Shown piece after piece: positions 1-11,990 of a DNA stretch of 64,000 bases. Source of the DNA: Vicugna vicugna (taxonomy: Eukaryota); NCBI GenBank assembly GCA_013265495.1, contig MU058636.1, positions 6,421,741-6,485,740 of the forward strand, in the 5' to 3' direction. Positions within the stretch are counted from its first letter, which is position 1; the number at the start of each line of letters is the position of its first letter. The notes beneath the pieces were generated by a model. The model saw only the letters and a program-made list of their open reading frames with translations. It was not told the DNA's origin and made no database searches. Both the position numbers and the translations under genes were made by a program.

Positions 1-40
1 ATATGCACAAGGTGAGGCCCAGCGGGGCCGTTCCACGGGC
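1..40 (-). other. Candidate exon start of a minus-strand host transcript (runs off left edge)
   Basis: Minus-strand acceptor tttttgttttag|GCCCGTGGAACGG (AG at 42-41) followed by GC-rich sequence. Gene not recognised. Confidence 0.35.
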
Positions 41-730
41 CTAAAACAAAAACTGACGTAATGACCAGGAGCACAACTGAAGGTGTCAGAGGCGCGACGA
101 AGTCCAAGGCAAAACTGACAAAGGCTGTTCATTCATAAACCTGCAGCTCTGTCCTCGTTCCCAAGTCAGCAGCGGTTCAAGGGTGTTAGAAGGAGAGTGA
201 GTTTTACGGAGTAAAAAGAGCAAATACTGAGAGCATGTCTGATTGGCAAGTGTTCGGCTGAGGTGGGATTTTTGGAAGAGGGGAGATTTTGTATTGGCCT
301 TCGGGTACATGCGATAGTCCCTGGTAGCCTACAAGGGGACAAATATTCATTTGATGACATTTCAAAAGAGAAAGGATTGTTCAATGTCGGGGGCACAGGG
401 TTTTCTGTCCTGACCACTCTGTGAAACCAGATGCGGCAGAGGGAGTCGAGAGGTCTTTCTTACAGCAACGGTCCTTGTGGCTAGCTGACTTCTGGGACAA
501 GCATTTTCTCAAAACCTAGGAGACAAAATGGGTCAGGAACCAAAGGCGACCGACCCCGTGTGGCACAGATACAAACTAGAGAAAGCAGGTGCAGGGTGAC
601 ACTGACAACGAGCTTTCTGCCATCTTGGCTGAGTTTTACTGGTCCAGCCGTAGAAACAGCAGCTATCCACAGGGGAGTCTCGGTTTTCAGATATCCTAAA
701 TGTAGTATTTCCATCCTTGGGATTATGCGC
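1..730. promoter_or_regulatory. CpG-enriched segment (CpG-island shore or promoter-like)
   Basis: About 24 CpGs counted by eye in 730 bp, visibly above the rest of the window. CRE-like TGACGTAA (54-61), CCAAT box on - strand (ATTGG 242-246), YY1-like GCCATCTT (619-626). No repeat recognised. Confidence 0.5.
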
Positions 731-829
731 TTCTGGTCATCAGAACTGCAGATTGCACTGTGCTTTCCTCTATTCAATCAGATGCTAAGAACTTTTTGAC
801 ATGAAAATAAGGATGCTACACAAAATATG

Positions 830-1209
830 TGCTATGGACTGAACGTTTGTGTCCCTGCCCAAACGCATGTGTTGAACCCTAACTCCCAGTGTGATGGTAT
901 TAGGAGGTAGGACTTTGGGAGGTAATTAAGATTGAATGAGGTAATGAGAGTGGAGTCCTCACGAATGGGATTAGTGCTCTTAAAAGAGTCATGAGAGAGA
1001 CTGCTTCCTCTTTCTGCTTTCTGCCACCTGAGGAAACAGCTGGAAGTCAATGGTCTGCAACTCAGAAGGGGGCTCTGCCCAGAACCTGACTATGTTGGCA
1101 CCCTGATCTTGGACTTCCAGGCTCCAGAACTGTGATAAATACATCTCTGTGATTTAAAAATCACTCAGTCTATGGTACATCTGTCACAACAGCCCACATG
1201 AATATGACA
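830..1209 (+). mobile_element. MLT1A/MLT1A0 MaLR solo LTR
   Basis: Starts TGCTATGGACTGAACGTTTGTGTCCC, contains GATCTTGGACTTCCAGGCTCCAGAACTGTGA, ends ...GACA. 5-bp TSD atatg (825-829) / acatg (1210-1214). Confidence 0.9.
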
Positions 1210-2924
1210 ACATGTTTGGACTAACACATCAGTAAGGCTACTATTAACAGGATTAAAGACTAAAGACGTTGGGCAGCCGCTAATCCTGATCTGAACAATA
1301 CAACATTATAGGATTGTTCTCCCAATTGGCCCTAAAGCACTAAGTCTTTCAAGTTAAGAGTTTACCCTCTGTCACCTCTTCCCAAACCATGAGCTGTGTG
1401 TTCATGTGTGTCATGTGTGTGGGTATTAGGAATTGAGGATCAAGGTTAGAATGAGTAGAAAGAAAAGAAAAAGATAAACTAAGAGCTTTAGAAAATAGCT
1501 GGGGGAAAAGTCTGTGCTTCTGCATAGCCTGATGTAAATTTTATGTAAATACACATACTTCACTCCTATTTAGCCTTCAGTAAAAACCAGGCGATGACCA
1601 TTACCTTTAACATCCCATTAGCTTTTTATTATATTCCCTATGAAATCACCCAGTCACCGTTCTCATAAAAAATTTACCTTAAATGCTTAGTACTAAGCTC
1701 TTTGATTAAGTGCCTCCCACAAATACAAAGAAGAAGTAAATAAATAAAAATTGTTCAAATCTGTTCACTTGTTTAAATTAAAATTCAAACTTCTGGAGGT
1801 AAGAAGTAACTTAATACTTATCATGCTGCGAGCTTTAAATATTAAATATCACTGTGTATGAAATGCCCGCATCTTTGAGAGAAAGGACAAAAAAAAACCC
1901 ACATGAATTCAGTAGGACTTAATATATAGTTTAAATGGCGTTTGTATATTTTCTCTGATATTTTCTGAAAATGTAGAAAGGAATGTTAATTTTTCCAAAT
2001 ACATTTTCTTTTGCTTACCAGCAAAAGTTGTTTGAACAAAGCAGTTTTCACCTTTTTATGAAATTCTCATCTGTACACAAATTGTCCTTCTCATTTGGAG
2101 TTTTGGTGTTCTAGTTATTGTTGCTTTTTCCTTGTTGTTTTGCAATTCCATAATGTGATGGTTGCCTTGGTAATAGAAAAGTGGGTTCAAATCTTTACAA
2201 ACGATAACTATCTCTATTCCACATTATATATTGGATTTCATTCAAGTATCTTCACCTTTCTATTTCTTCCCTTTGTGAGCTGAGAGTTACTCCTTCCTTT
2301 GTCATTACTGATTTCCATTTTCTAAATACTTCTCTAACTGCCAGTATGTCTCACCTGTTCTATTCAAATAGAAAAACGAGTCCAGGATTTTATATGCAAT
2401 TGAGAAATACACATTTGCATTTGCTTTTCAACCAGTCCTGTGACTGAGCACCATCTTCCACCTGCACAGACACCACTCACACCTACTGTGTCTGGGAGCT
2501 ACCCGGGCTGGGGATTCCAGGAGGACTATGGTCTGGGGTGCAGGACTATCAGCAACAGTGGGGCTGGAGCAACTGGAGAGGGGACTCCAGGGAGTGCTCA
2601 GCCAGCTCTGTTCCTTAGTTAGGCAAAGAGTTTCTGGGAGCATGTGGCCTCTGCTTTTAGCTTCTGTGTGACTAGAAATGAGGCTGCTGCAGCGGTGGGT
2701 CCAAATTCCCCTTTTCCGTAGGTGACTGTGGAAGGAGGCCACACCGTAAGTGTGAAACGTCAAGCCCCCTAAATGTAGGAGACACCAGGTGCTGACCTGT
2801 AGCCCAGGGCTGAGTCCTTACAGCGGGAACTGCCCAGAATCAGCAGCATAATGACTCAAGGTCATCAGCATCCAGACTGCTGGAATTACAGCCCTTTAAT
2901 AAAGGAACCTGGGGCAGTTTTGCC

Positions 2925-3236
2925 CAGGAGTTCTTTCTTAATCTAGGAGACTCCTACATTTCCACAGACGCACTGAAGTGGTTTCACGGACTGCCCAAAT
3001 TATATGTAAAATTTAGGGTGCGTGTGTGTTTCTCTAAGGAGAAAACCTAGGGTTTTTTTCATATTCTTATAGAGGCCTATGACAAGCAGAGAATATCAGT
3101 TTGCACAGGGCAGTCATATTTATGCCCACATGCTGGCATCATTACTAAGAATGCCCATTTAACTCCAAAGAGTTTAGGTTAGTTGATAAATTATACGGTC
3201 TCCCTACTTTTGGCTGACCAAAGGATAAGAACTACT
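2925..3236 (-). mobile_element. MER103-like hAT-Charlie MITE, split by a MER94 insertion
   Basis: ttcacggactgcccaaattatatgtaaaatt...ttcatattcttatagaggcctatgac, resuming at gaccaaaggataagaactact. Confidence 0.55.
3086..3205 (-). mobile_element. MER94 (hAT-Blackjack) MITE
   Basis: Minus strand reads agggagaccgtataatttatc...ggcataaatatgactgccctgtgcaaactg, matching the recalled MER94 consensus. Confidence 0.65.
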
Positions 3237-3580
3237 AATTTGGTCCAACCCTCCATTTCCACACAAAAATTATTGTGCCATTATTTTATAGAAGTTGTCA
3301 AGCCATAAAAATGTATGTGATACCTTTATTTGAAAAAGTGAGGTGCAGTTATGTAACACAGAGATTTGAAAATCAAGCAAAATTCTTTAGACTTCACTAA
3401 GATAAATATATTAATTACCAATACCAATATTGTTGCAAAGTTAAAAGACACTTATAATCATAAGCAACAGCTTGTTTGAGGCAGTGTTGTGAGATTAATT
3501 CAAGATGAGGGAAGTTCACTTACTTATTGTAATTCAGAAATTTTATTCCTTCAAATTTCTTTTTCTTCCTGTGCATACAG

Positions 3581-3619
3581 TTTGAAGAATCAGCAAATTC
3601 TGTGGTCAGCAATAAACAG
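3581..3619 (+). other. Candidate 39-nt micro-exon
   Basis: Long pyrimidine tract ttctttttcttcctgtgcatacag|, donor CAG|gtttag; open as FEESANSVVSNKQ. Confidence 0.3.
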
Positions 3620-3629
3620 GTTTAGTTTG

Positions 3630-3760
3630 AGTTAACAAATACCAACTGAGCCTTGACTATGGGCCAGACATTGTGCTAGGTCCTTATGGGAAGATAAGGA
3701 TGAATGAGATCATAGGTAAGCCTTCAAAGATCTTAAGAGTCTAGGAGGGAAGAAAAAAGA
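3630..3760 (-). mobile_element. L2 3' end fragment
   Basis: aacaaataccaactgagccttgactatgggccagacattgtgctagg...agagtctaggagggaag. Confidence 0.7.
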
Positions 3761-3807
3761 TGCAAATAATGAACAAAATGGGATCATTTAAAATATAGTT
3801 ACTTATG

Positions 3808-4301
3808 AAGGATTAGGTTCAAGTGAAATGGGAAGAAAATCCACAATAACAGTGGCTTAACAAGATTAAATTTCATCTTTTATCCACCCAAAAATATGGA
3901 ATTAGGCAGTCCGGGGCTGGAGTGGTGTTCTTCTACAGAGTCAAGGGGCCAGGCTCCTTTCACACTGTGGCTGCCATCTATGGGCTCCATTCCCAAGATT
4001 GTCAGAGACCTGGAGGGCTGCTCCAGCTCCAGTCACCACACAGATATTCATGCCAACAAATGGGAAGGAAGAGAAGAAGCATACACATCTCCCCTCAAGG
4101 ATTATTTGCAGACACTACACTTATCACCTCCTCTTATATCCCACTGGCCAGACCTAGCTCACATGGCCACACCTAGCTACAAAAAGGCTGAACACGAAGC
4201 CTTCATTCTTGTCATGCCTGCGCCCTGCTAAGACTCATGGGTTCTGTTACTATGGGAGGAAAAATAAAGCTATTTGGAAGACAATTAGTAGTCTCTGCAA
4301 C
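3808..4301 (-). mobile_element. MLT1J-like MaLR LTR
   Basis: aataacagtggcttaaacaaga...ggccagacctagctcacatggccacacctagctaca...agtagtctctgcaaca. Confidence 0.8.
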
Positions 4302-4639
4302 ACCTACGATGAAGCAGTTGGAAAGGAGAAGGAAATCCCTCCATGCTGACAAGAAAGATGCACAAGCCATATTTCCAAGAGAAAAGGCAAGTTGTGGAGT
4401 CATATGTCTATTACCACCTATATAATGTCTTTTAAAAGGATATATATTTATCAACGCCTGGAAAAAGTCCTGGAAATTACACTTGTCACTAGTTTTCTCT
4501 AACAAATAAATGAGATTGAGGAAGAAAGAAAAAAGGAAATATGTCTACTTATTCAATATACTTCTGAATTATTTAATTGTTAAAATGCCTTAGGAACTTG
4601 TATTCTGCTGTCATTTTAAAAACCAAAGCATTAAAAATA

Positions 4640-5480
4640 CAGTATACAGGGAAGAATGTGATGAGAGCTTTCATAGTAAAATAACAAATAACAGATGAAA
4701 ACCAACTAGGAGTGGCTTTGGGGGAGGATGTTAGCCCTTTAAAATAATAAGATTTTAACTGGTACAAATTTGAGAAGAAGATAATCCTGTCATAGATTAA
4801 AGCATGAGTTAATTCAAATAGTGAGGGACATTAATGTGTGTCCATGCAGCTGAGTGCAGTTGCAATGGATTATCATGGACAAGATGACTGGAAAATGTAC
4901 TGAGACCAGATTACAGAGAGCCTTGAAGGGCTTCCTAAGGAGTTTGGTTTATACTCTGAAGCTAAGGGAACTTCAAAGATTTCCAAGCAACAGAGTAGCA
5001 ACATCTATATTTCAAAAGATAGTCTAGGTAGTAATTGGAAGAACACTCTGATCAGGGGAAATACTGATTTCGGAAAGGCCTGTTAGAAGGCCTGACAGCT
5101 GGGGTCCTGGATAGTGAGGTTCTGTATTTGGGCAGAAGCCTGGGAACCGGAAGGACTGGATGAATTCTAAGTATATTTGGAAGACAGAGCAATAGTCCTG
5201 TTAACCAGTTTGTTTCAGAAGGTGAAAGAGGAGGGTTGAGAATGACGCCCTGAGTATCTCAGAGAAATGCTGATGTTATTAAAACAAAAGAAGACAAGGA
5301 TTTAGTTGAGGGAAAGATTTAATTCCATGTTGCATTGGTTGGGAACACAAGTTTGTGCTCAGGATGGAGGTGAGGACTAGAAATGCAGATTCAGGAGACA
5401 CTGGTAATAGGTACAGTCTCAGGAGAGAACAGTGGGAGGGAAGCGGACCCAGAAATGAAAGAGGAAGGAGAAGAGGGGAA
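4640..5480 (-). mobile_element. L2 fragment
   Basis: gaccagattacagagagccttgaagggcttcctaaggagtttggtttatactctga and other L2 body motifs. Confidence 0.7.
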
Positions 5481-5630
5481 AGAAAACGAAAACCTAAGGG
5501 CATACATTTTGTCAGAAAGACAAAATAGCTCATCATGTTCATAAAAACATTGATTCCACTAATTCTCACCTTCCTGCGAGCTGGGAAGAGCTAAGCTACT
5601 TATTTTACAGGGAAAAGAATATGGTCCAGG

Positions 5631-6719
5631 CATTTACTCATTTAACGGACATTTATTAAGCCCTTATTCGATATGAGCACTAAGCCAGGCTCTGAGGATT
5701 TAGTGTGAGCAGTTTAGCCCAAGACTCTGTTCCCACAGTACTCACCTTCTTGTGGGGTAAACAGTCAACGAATAAGAAGTAATGACTCACGTAATTACAG
5801 TTTCAGTGCCGTGAAGGAAACAGGCAGAGTAGTGAACTAGAGTCCCCGGGGGAAGCCACTTTGGAGAAAGGACTAAGAGAAGGCTTCCCTGCAGAGGTGA
5901 ACTTTGCCTTGAGGATCAAAAAATAAGAATGAAAGACGTGGCAAAAATCATTCCAGCCCCACGTTGGAAACAAGAGCCCAAAGCAGAAAAGGACCTGGTG
6001 TGTTTAAGGAACACAAAGAACCCAGTGTGCTCTTGCTTAGGGAGTAAATTGGAGAGTAGAATAAAGTGAGGTTGGAAAGAAGAGCAGAACCTTGTAAACC
6101 ACAGTAAATCGTCAGGGCTTCCTGATCTGAAGGAAGAAGGAGCCCAGAGAAGGGTCTTAAGCAGGGATGGGACATAATCCAACTCACATCTGCTCTGCAG
6201 ACAAAAGATTAGAGAAGGTCAAGAGTGGAAGGTCAAGAAGTGAGATACGATGGCAGCCGGATCCAAGGTGGTGGCCTGGAGATGGAGAGAAAAAAACAAT
6301 CTGAGATACACTGAAGATGAAACCTACAGGACTTGCTGCTGGAAGGGGGAAGCAAGGGAAGAGAAAGAATCAAGGACAATTCCTGCTTTTGAGGCTTTGT
6401 ATCCAAGTGACTGGTGGTACCATACACGGGAAAGGGGAAGACTGAGAAGGGAGGTGACTTGAGGCACAGGGATAGATAGGGGTGGGGTAGGGATGGGTTG
6501 GGGAGATAGCTATCAAAATCTCCATTTTGGAAATACTAAGTTTGAAAGGAATTTTAGACATCCAAATGAAATTGTCAAATTGGCAACTGACTATACCTAC
6601 AACTACAAATTTGAAATTTGTTGGAATATAGAAGGGATTTGAAGTCTTGGGACTGGATAAGTTTATAGATCAGGAATAGAGAATGGATAGAAAAGAAAAT
6701 CTGACCAAGAACTGAGTCG
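5631..6719 (-). mobile_element. L2 (3' end and body), interrupted by Zaphod-like insertion
   Basis: catttactcatttaacggacatttattaagc...ggtgtgtttaaggaacacaaagaa...ttagacatccaaatgaaattgtcaaattggcaactg. Confidence 0.85.
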
Positions 6720-8568
6720 CAGGGCCAAAGGAGTCACTTACGCTGGCCCCTTCCAAGAACCAGGGTTGGCCTTAGTAAAACTTTCACTTAGTCAAGTAAT
6801 TAGGATTGGCATGGCCAGGGTCATTTTTGGAACTTAGCTAATGGGAGGTAGAGTTATGAATATATTTAGTAGGTTCAGTAAGGTATATTTCTGGGGCTCA
6901 TAGTCTCCTCCTCGTATAGTTAAGTCACTGCTGGACATTGGCTTGCAGGGACACTCCAACCACCATCTTATTTACTTGTAGATTCTACACTGGTTGTGAC
7001 AAGCACAGCTCAGTTGGCAATTATGGTGCCCTACTTTATAAGGGGAAAAGTCTATGGCGGTTGTTACCATATCACCATTGGAAGATACCTAAAACATAAA
7101 ATGCCTCTTGAGTCCACAAAGTGAAACAAGTTCTGGGCAGTAGGATCCTACCATTGAACTACAGTTCCTGGATGGTCATAAGACAATGCGACTATATGAA
7201 AAGTAAGGACAAAGGGCTGCAAGCGCGGTTTAAGAATTTTAATAAGTATTTATAATATGTGCCTTGCACAGCTTATTCTGGAGAAAAAGCTAATGCCACA
7301 ATACCTAAAACTGTTGACTGCTCAGTAGGTTGCAACAGTTATGGATATGTCATCTTAATTGTTTTTTAAGAATTTAAGTGTAACAAGATGGGGTCACGAT
7401 TATAAAGTTGTTCCAGCCTTACAACCTAGATACAATGATATTTTGAGGACTCTAAAATACATTTTGAAGAGTTGGAAGAGGAATTTGAACATACAGAAGA
7501 AGCAAAAGAATTTATTCAAAAAATTACTAATGTTCGAACATACTATTTTACTTGCAATTTTGAATGAAAGACATTTGTAACAATTTAGTAAAATAAGTGA
7601 GAAACTACACATTGAATTGGGCTTAATATGAAGAGTTCCTTCTTTTGTTATCTTTAAATTTATGTACTAAAGGATTGAAAGGTAAACCCAGGTAAAAATA
7701 TTAATGGAATATGAAATTAAAAACAATAAAGATGAGAGATGAAATCAGTAGAAGTTATTCTAATCTCATAAAGCAAATGGTAGCAAACATAATTTCGTAT
7801 CATACCAGGAGAAGTTATTCATTAAAAGGAAAAGATAAATTTAGAATAGAAGCAAAGAACAGACTGTAAATTGTTTGACAATCCTATTAATGACAAGAAG
7901 TGAATCTTAGGAACACGTTGGAAAGGAATGAAAGCTCCTGCTGATCTGGGGCAAAATACTAACAATGTTCAAGACAATGTAAATTTCATACAACGCCACT
8001 GCAGGAGGACACTGATGACAAATGGTTAATTACTCATTTCAGAGTAATTACAATTAGTCACTGTACAAGAAGACTTGAAATGTCATAAAATCTTATAGCC
8101 CAAATATGAAAGAAACTTGATAGAAATTGTACAGGTTAACTGTCCTAAAATTTTATATGGCATTACCAATAATAACATATAAAGCTGAAAGAAAGTCACT
8201 AAGCTAAATATAATATAAAACAATTTCTGTTCAACAGAAGAAATAGTGAATTATTTTTCTAGCCTCTCTACAGAAAATGTTAGACAAAAATCACTGTCAT
8301 ATAAAGAGGTGACCAAAAATTATGCCGGCAAAACTGTAGAGGAGGAAATTACTAGGAAGGCATGTCGCATGGTTAATAAATTTAAATTTTTTTCTATTTC
8401 ATGATGTCTTGGTATTTATAAACACTTAAAAAATATGTTGTAATTTCTTTTCTCTTTCTGAATATTTACTTTCATACTTAAGTTTGTATTTATAATGTAT
8501 CTTTTTACCGAAAGAATGCACCCTGCTCTGTAAATACCTCGGGCCCCACAAACGTGGACCCACCTCTG
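6720..8568 (+). mobile_element. Zaphod-like hAT-Tip100 DNA transposon with decayed transposase
   Basis: CAGGGCC start; end gggccccacaaacgtggacccacctctg. Translated motifs SYLLVDST..QLAIMV (6966-), DNA..KGLQARFK (7182-), YVPCTAYS (7256-), LSVTRW, LKFYMALPIITYKAERK (8145-8195). Multiple stops and frameshifts. Confidence 0.85.
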
Positions 8569-8785
8569 TCGGAGGCCTCTGAGCACTCAGATATTGGGTA
8601 GAGAAAGGGGAACTATGAGAGGGTGCTGTCTCGACAAGGTTGGCAACTGTGCCGGATGCTCCTGGAGTTCAAGATAAGGGAAGAGATGTGTTCTTCAGAT
8701 TCAGCAGCATGAGCATCTTGATGACCTTGACGAGAGCTGACTGAGAGCTGAACCCATGTTGGAGCAGGTCGAAGCGCAGATTGGT
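8569..8785 (-). mobile_element. L2 continuation after the Zaphod insertion
   Basis: gagcactcagatattgggtagagaaagg...ttgatgaccttgacgagagctg. Confidence 0.6.
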
Positions 8786-8801
8786 CTGTGTAAGATTCAT
8801 C

Positions 8802-9205
8802 TGTACTGCGCTGGTTATCTTCTGGTTTCCCCTCTAGATCAGCTTTCCACCCTTCCCTGCCCTGCTTGGCCTGGGAAGCTGACTTCCATCAACCACTTCA
8901 CCAGTCCTGCCTGCTGGCTTCCCCTTGGGTTGACCAGTTGAAGACCCTGGGAGAAAACTGGGCCATGGTTTGGGGCTGGGCTCCTTGGCCTGTGATTACA
9001 CAGTCTGTGGGTGGCCCTTCCCTTGGCTACAGCTCTCACCTGGGCCAACAACGCTGCCTCCTCTGCTCTTCAGGCCCAGAAGGAGGAATCCTCTTTCTGC
9101 TCTGGCTAACACCTCGGTGCTTCAGCATCTCTGAACGGTCCCTTAACTTCACCCACTCTCCTATAAATAACCCCTTGTTAAATGTTCGTCAATTAAGCCT
9201 TTCAA
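8802..9205 (+). mobile_element. LTR33 (ERVL) solo LTR
   Basis: cccctctagatcagctttccacccttccctgccctgc...ggctacagctctcacctggg...cccttaacttcacccactctcctataaataacccc. Confidence 0.8.
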
Positions 9206-9914
9206 TCAGGATCAATTGGGTCAACAGACCCTGTGAGCACCTGAGTGATTCACACAATGACTTTTCTACTAATAAACCCGACTTATGTAGCCCCAGTTGG
9301 GGGCAGGCATTGAAGATCTTTACATACTCAGCTCTTGAAACAAGTATAACCAGGTGTGACTGCAGAAGACCTCCACAAGGGACAGGGGTCGGGATTTAGT
9401 CCTGAAAGCTTAAGGAAAAACATATTTGATATCTAGGTGCTGCCAATCCTGAGACTTTCTTCTCACCCCTCATGGTCAGGGTCTGTACTGGTTTTGTGAA
9501 TAAACCCCAGTTCTCATGCTTTTGCTGGACCCCTACCCAACCAAGCACCTATGGTCCTTGGCCCCCTCCCCAAGAGACAGCATATCAAACCCCCAGCCAA
9601 TGGCAGGAATCCTTCATCTCTACAGCCAGACACTCATTTGCAATCACAAAATTTCCACCAATGCAGCTATGAGTATAACTCAGATCAAACACTCCTGCTC
9701 AGGTCCTACACCAATACTGGACACTTGGATATTGAGCTGAACTGGATCAAGTCAGATTGATTACAATAAAATATTGATTTGAGCTACTATGAAAAGCCAG
9801 AGCTATAGTCAGGTTACCCCCCAAGTCTGGCTACGTTTCCAGGTGACTCCCTTCTTCCCACCAGCCCCATCTCCTCATCAGACTTGCTGGCCCTCACAGG
9901 TACCTGACATTAGT

Positions 9915-10620
9915 GACCAATTCTTATCCACATTCAAAAGAATGAAACTGAACTCCTATCTTACACAAAAATTAACTTGAAATGGATTAAAGACTTAAAT
10001 GTAAGACCTGAAACTATAAAACTCATAGAGCAAAATATAGGGAGAAATCTCCTTGACATTGGTCTTGGCAACGATGTTTTGGATATAACACCAATAACAC
10101 AAGCAGTAAAAGCAAAAATTAATAGGTGAGATTACATCAAACTAAGAAGTTTCTGCACAGCAAAAGAAATGATCAACAAAATGCAAAAGCAACCTACTGA
10201 ATGGGAGAAAATATTTGCAAATCATATATCTGTAAGAGGTTAATATCCTAAATATATAAAGAACTCATACAACTAAAGAGCAAAAAGAAAAAAAGTAGGC
10301 AAAGGATCTGATTAAACATTTTTCCGAAAGAGATTTACAAATGGCCAACAGGTACATGAAAAAGTGTTCAACATCACTCATCATCAGGGAAATGCAAATC
10401 AAAACTCCAAGAGGTATCACATCACACCTGGAAATACGGCTATTATCAAGAAGACAGGCGACAACAAATGTTAAAAAGAACGTGAAAAAAAGAGTCCTTG
10501 TGCACTGTTGGTTACTATGGTAATCATTTTGTAAAACATGCATGTATCAAATCATATTGTACACCTTTAACCTATATAATACTTGTAATGTTAATTATAT
10601 CTCAATAAACCTGGGAAAAA
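9915..10620 (+). mobile_element. L1 (L1MA/MB-type) ORF2 3' part joined to extreme 3' end
   Basis: aaatggattaaagacttaaatgtaagacctgaaactataaaactc; ORF 10341-10523 MANRYMKKCSTSLIIREMQIKT; ends atctcaataaacctgggaaaaa; most of the 3' UTR missing at about 10513. Confidence 0.9.
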
Positions 10621-10794
10621 TTGATTAATTCTGAGAAATAATGATTTCCACACAGAGAGTGTCCTCTGAATGAAATCTCCCTGCGATGTCAGGAACTGGC
10701 TGTGGTGTAGTTATCAGTATAGAAAAGGAAACTCTCATCTATACCCCATCTTTGATGTTTCCTAGCACTTTCTCTTTCAGGAAGTTTATTAGAG

Positions 10795-11345
10795 AATGGC
10801 TATCTGATCTTGTCACTCCCATGCTTTAAATCTTTCAGTGTTCTCGAAGTGTGGGGAGTCAAGTTTCAAATTGCTGGTTGAATACACGGGCCTTTCATTA
10901 CCTGAACTCAGCCCACCTCTCCAGCTTCATTCCTTGCCATTCCTGACCCAAGCTCTTGGAGGCAGCCCTTGCCAGCGACCTGTCTATTTCCTGAGCACGC
11001 TGTGCTTTCATACCTCTTTTGCTTACACATGATGCCCCTGCTGTTCCGACTGCCCTTCCTCCTCTTCTCACTTCAAGACTCATCTCAAGCATCCCCTCTT
11101 CTGGGGAACTTCCTTGCACTCTCCAGTGAATGAAGTAATACTTCATTCCGTATTTGTATAGCTCCTCTCACATGAAATCATCATGCTTAACGTAGCAATC
11201 AGTTGCTTGCCTGTCTTGATGACTAGCCTATAAATTTCTGGAGGACTTGTTCATTTTGATTTTCCCAGTACCTAAGACAATGCCTGACATGTAGTAACAC
11301 TTAACTGTGTGTGTATTTTTATTTAATAGATTAAGAGGAATGAGG
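10795..11345 (+). mobile_element. L2 3' region
   Basis: tctgatcttgtcactcccatgctttaaatc...cccagtacctaagacaatgcctgacatgtagtaacact. Confidence 0.8.
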
Positions 11346-11874
11346 GAAAATTGGGGGGTGGAGGTGGGTAAGGGGAAACAAAGCTACAAGAAGAGACATG
11401 AATTTGTGAAGAAAAAAGAGGAAAATGTTGAGAATGTTTCTCCTAGAAAAGACAGGCAATAAGATAGTCTATTTTCACATATGTAACACATTATCATAAT
11501 TGTAAGTAGGCATATTTAAAGAAATGTGCTAGAATTGTGTCAAAAGAGTATATTTGAACAAGAAGAAATACTTTTGCCATAACTGCGGCTGCACAAAAAG
11601 ACTTCCTTTATGTATTTTTTCAAACGCTATCCTTAGAAATATTTTAAAAAATAAAATGAAAAACCATCTTGCTTAAGAGTTTGGGTAGATATTTGCCTGG
11701 TGGAAAAATGGAAATATGGTCTCACGTCAATATAGAGCTGCACATATCAGCTAGCCCACCTGAGTCAGGATAGCACAGTGATCGAATACAGACGTGGGAT
11801 CTGCTGGCTTCACGGCTTTCGAACTTCTTTCTTACTAACTTACTACTTGAGAATTATGTTGCTTTTATTATCAC

Positions 11875-11990
11875 CAAAATTATTGTCTCACATATAAGGA
11901 AACTATGGTCCAGGGTGGAGTAGTGACATAACCAGGGTCCTATAACCAGGTCAAGCTAGGCCTGGGACTGTGTATTCAGATATGCCTCCC
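11875..11990 (-). mobile_element. MIR fragment
   Basis: ttattgtctcacatataaggaaactatggtccag core. Confidence 0.55.

Noticed and set aside
481..777. 98-aa minus-strand ORF, or possible L1 5' end / ERV leader (caagatggc)
   Set aside because: Only a YY1-like core matches; no further L1 or gag similarity was recognisable
8866..9399. Longest ORF (177 aa)
   Set aside because: Runs through LTR33 into flanking DNA, has a non-ATG start and no recognisable domain
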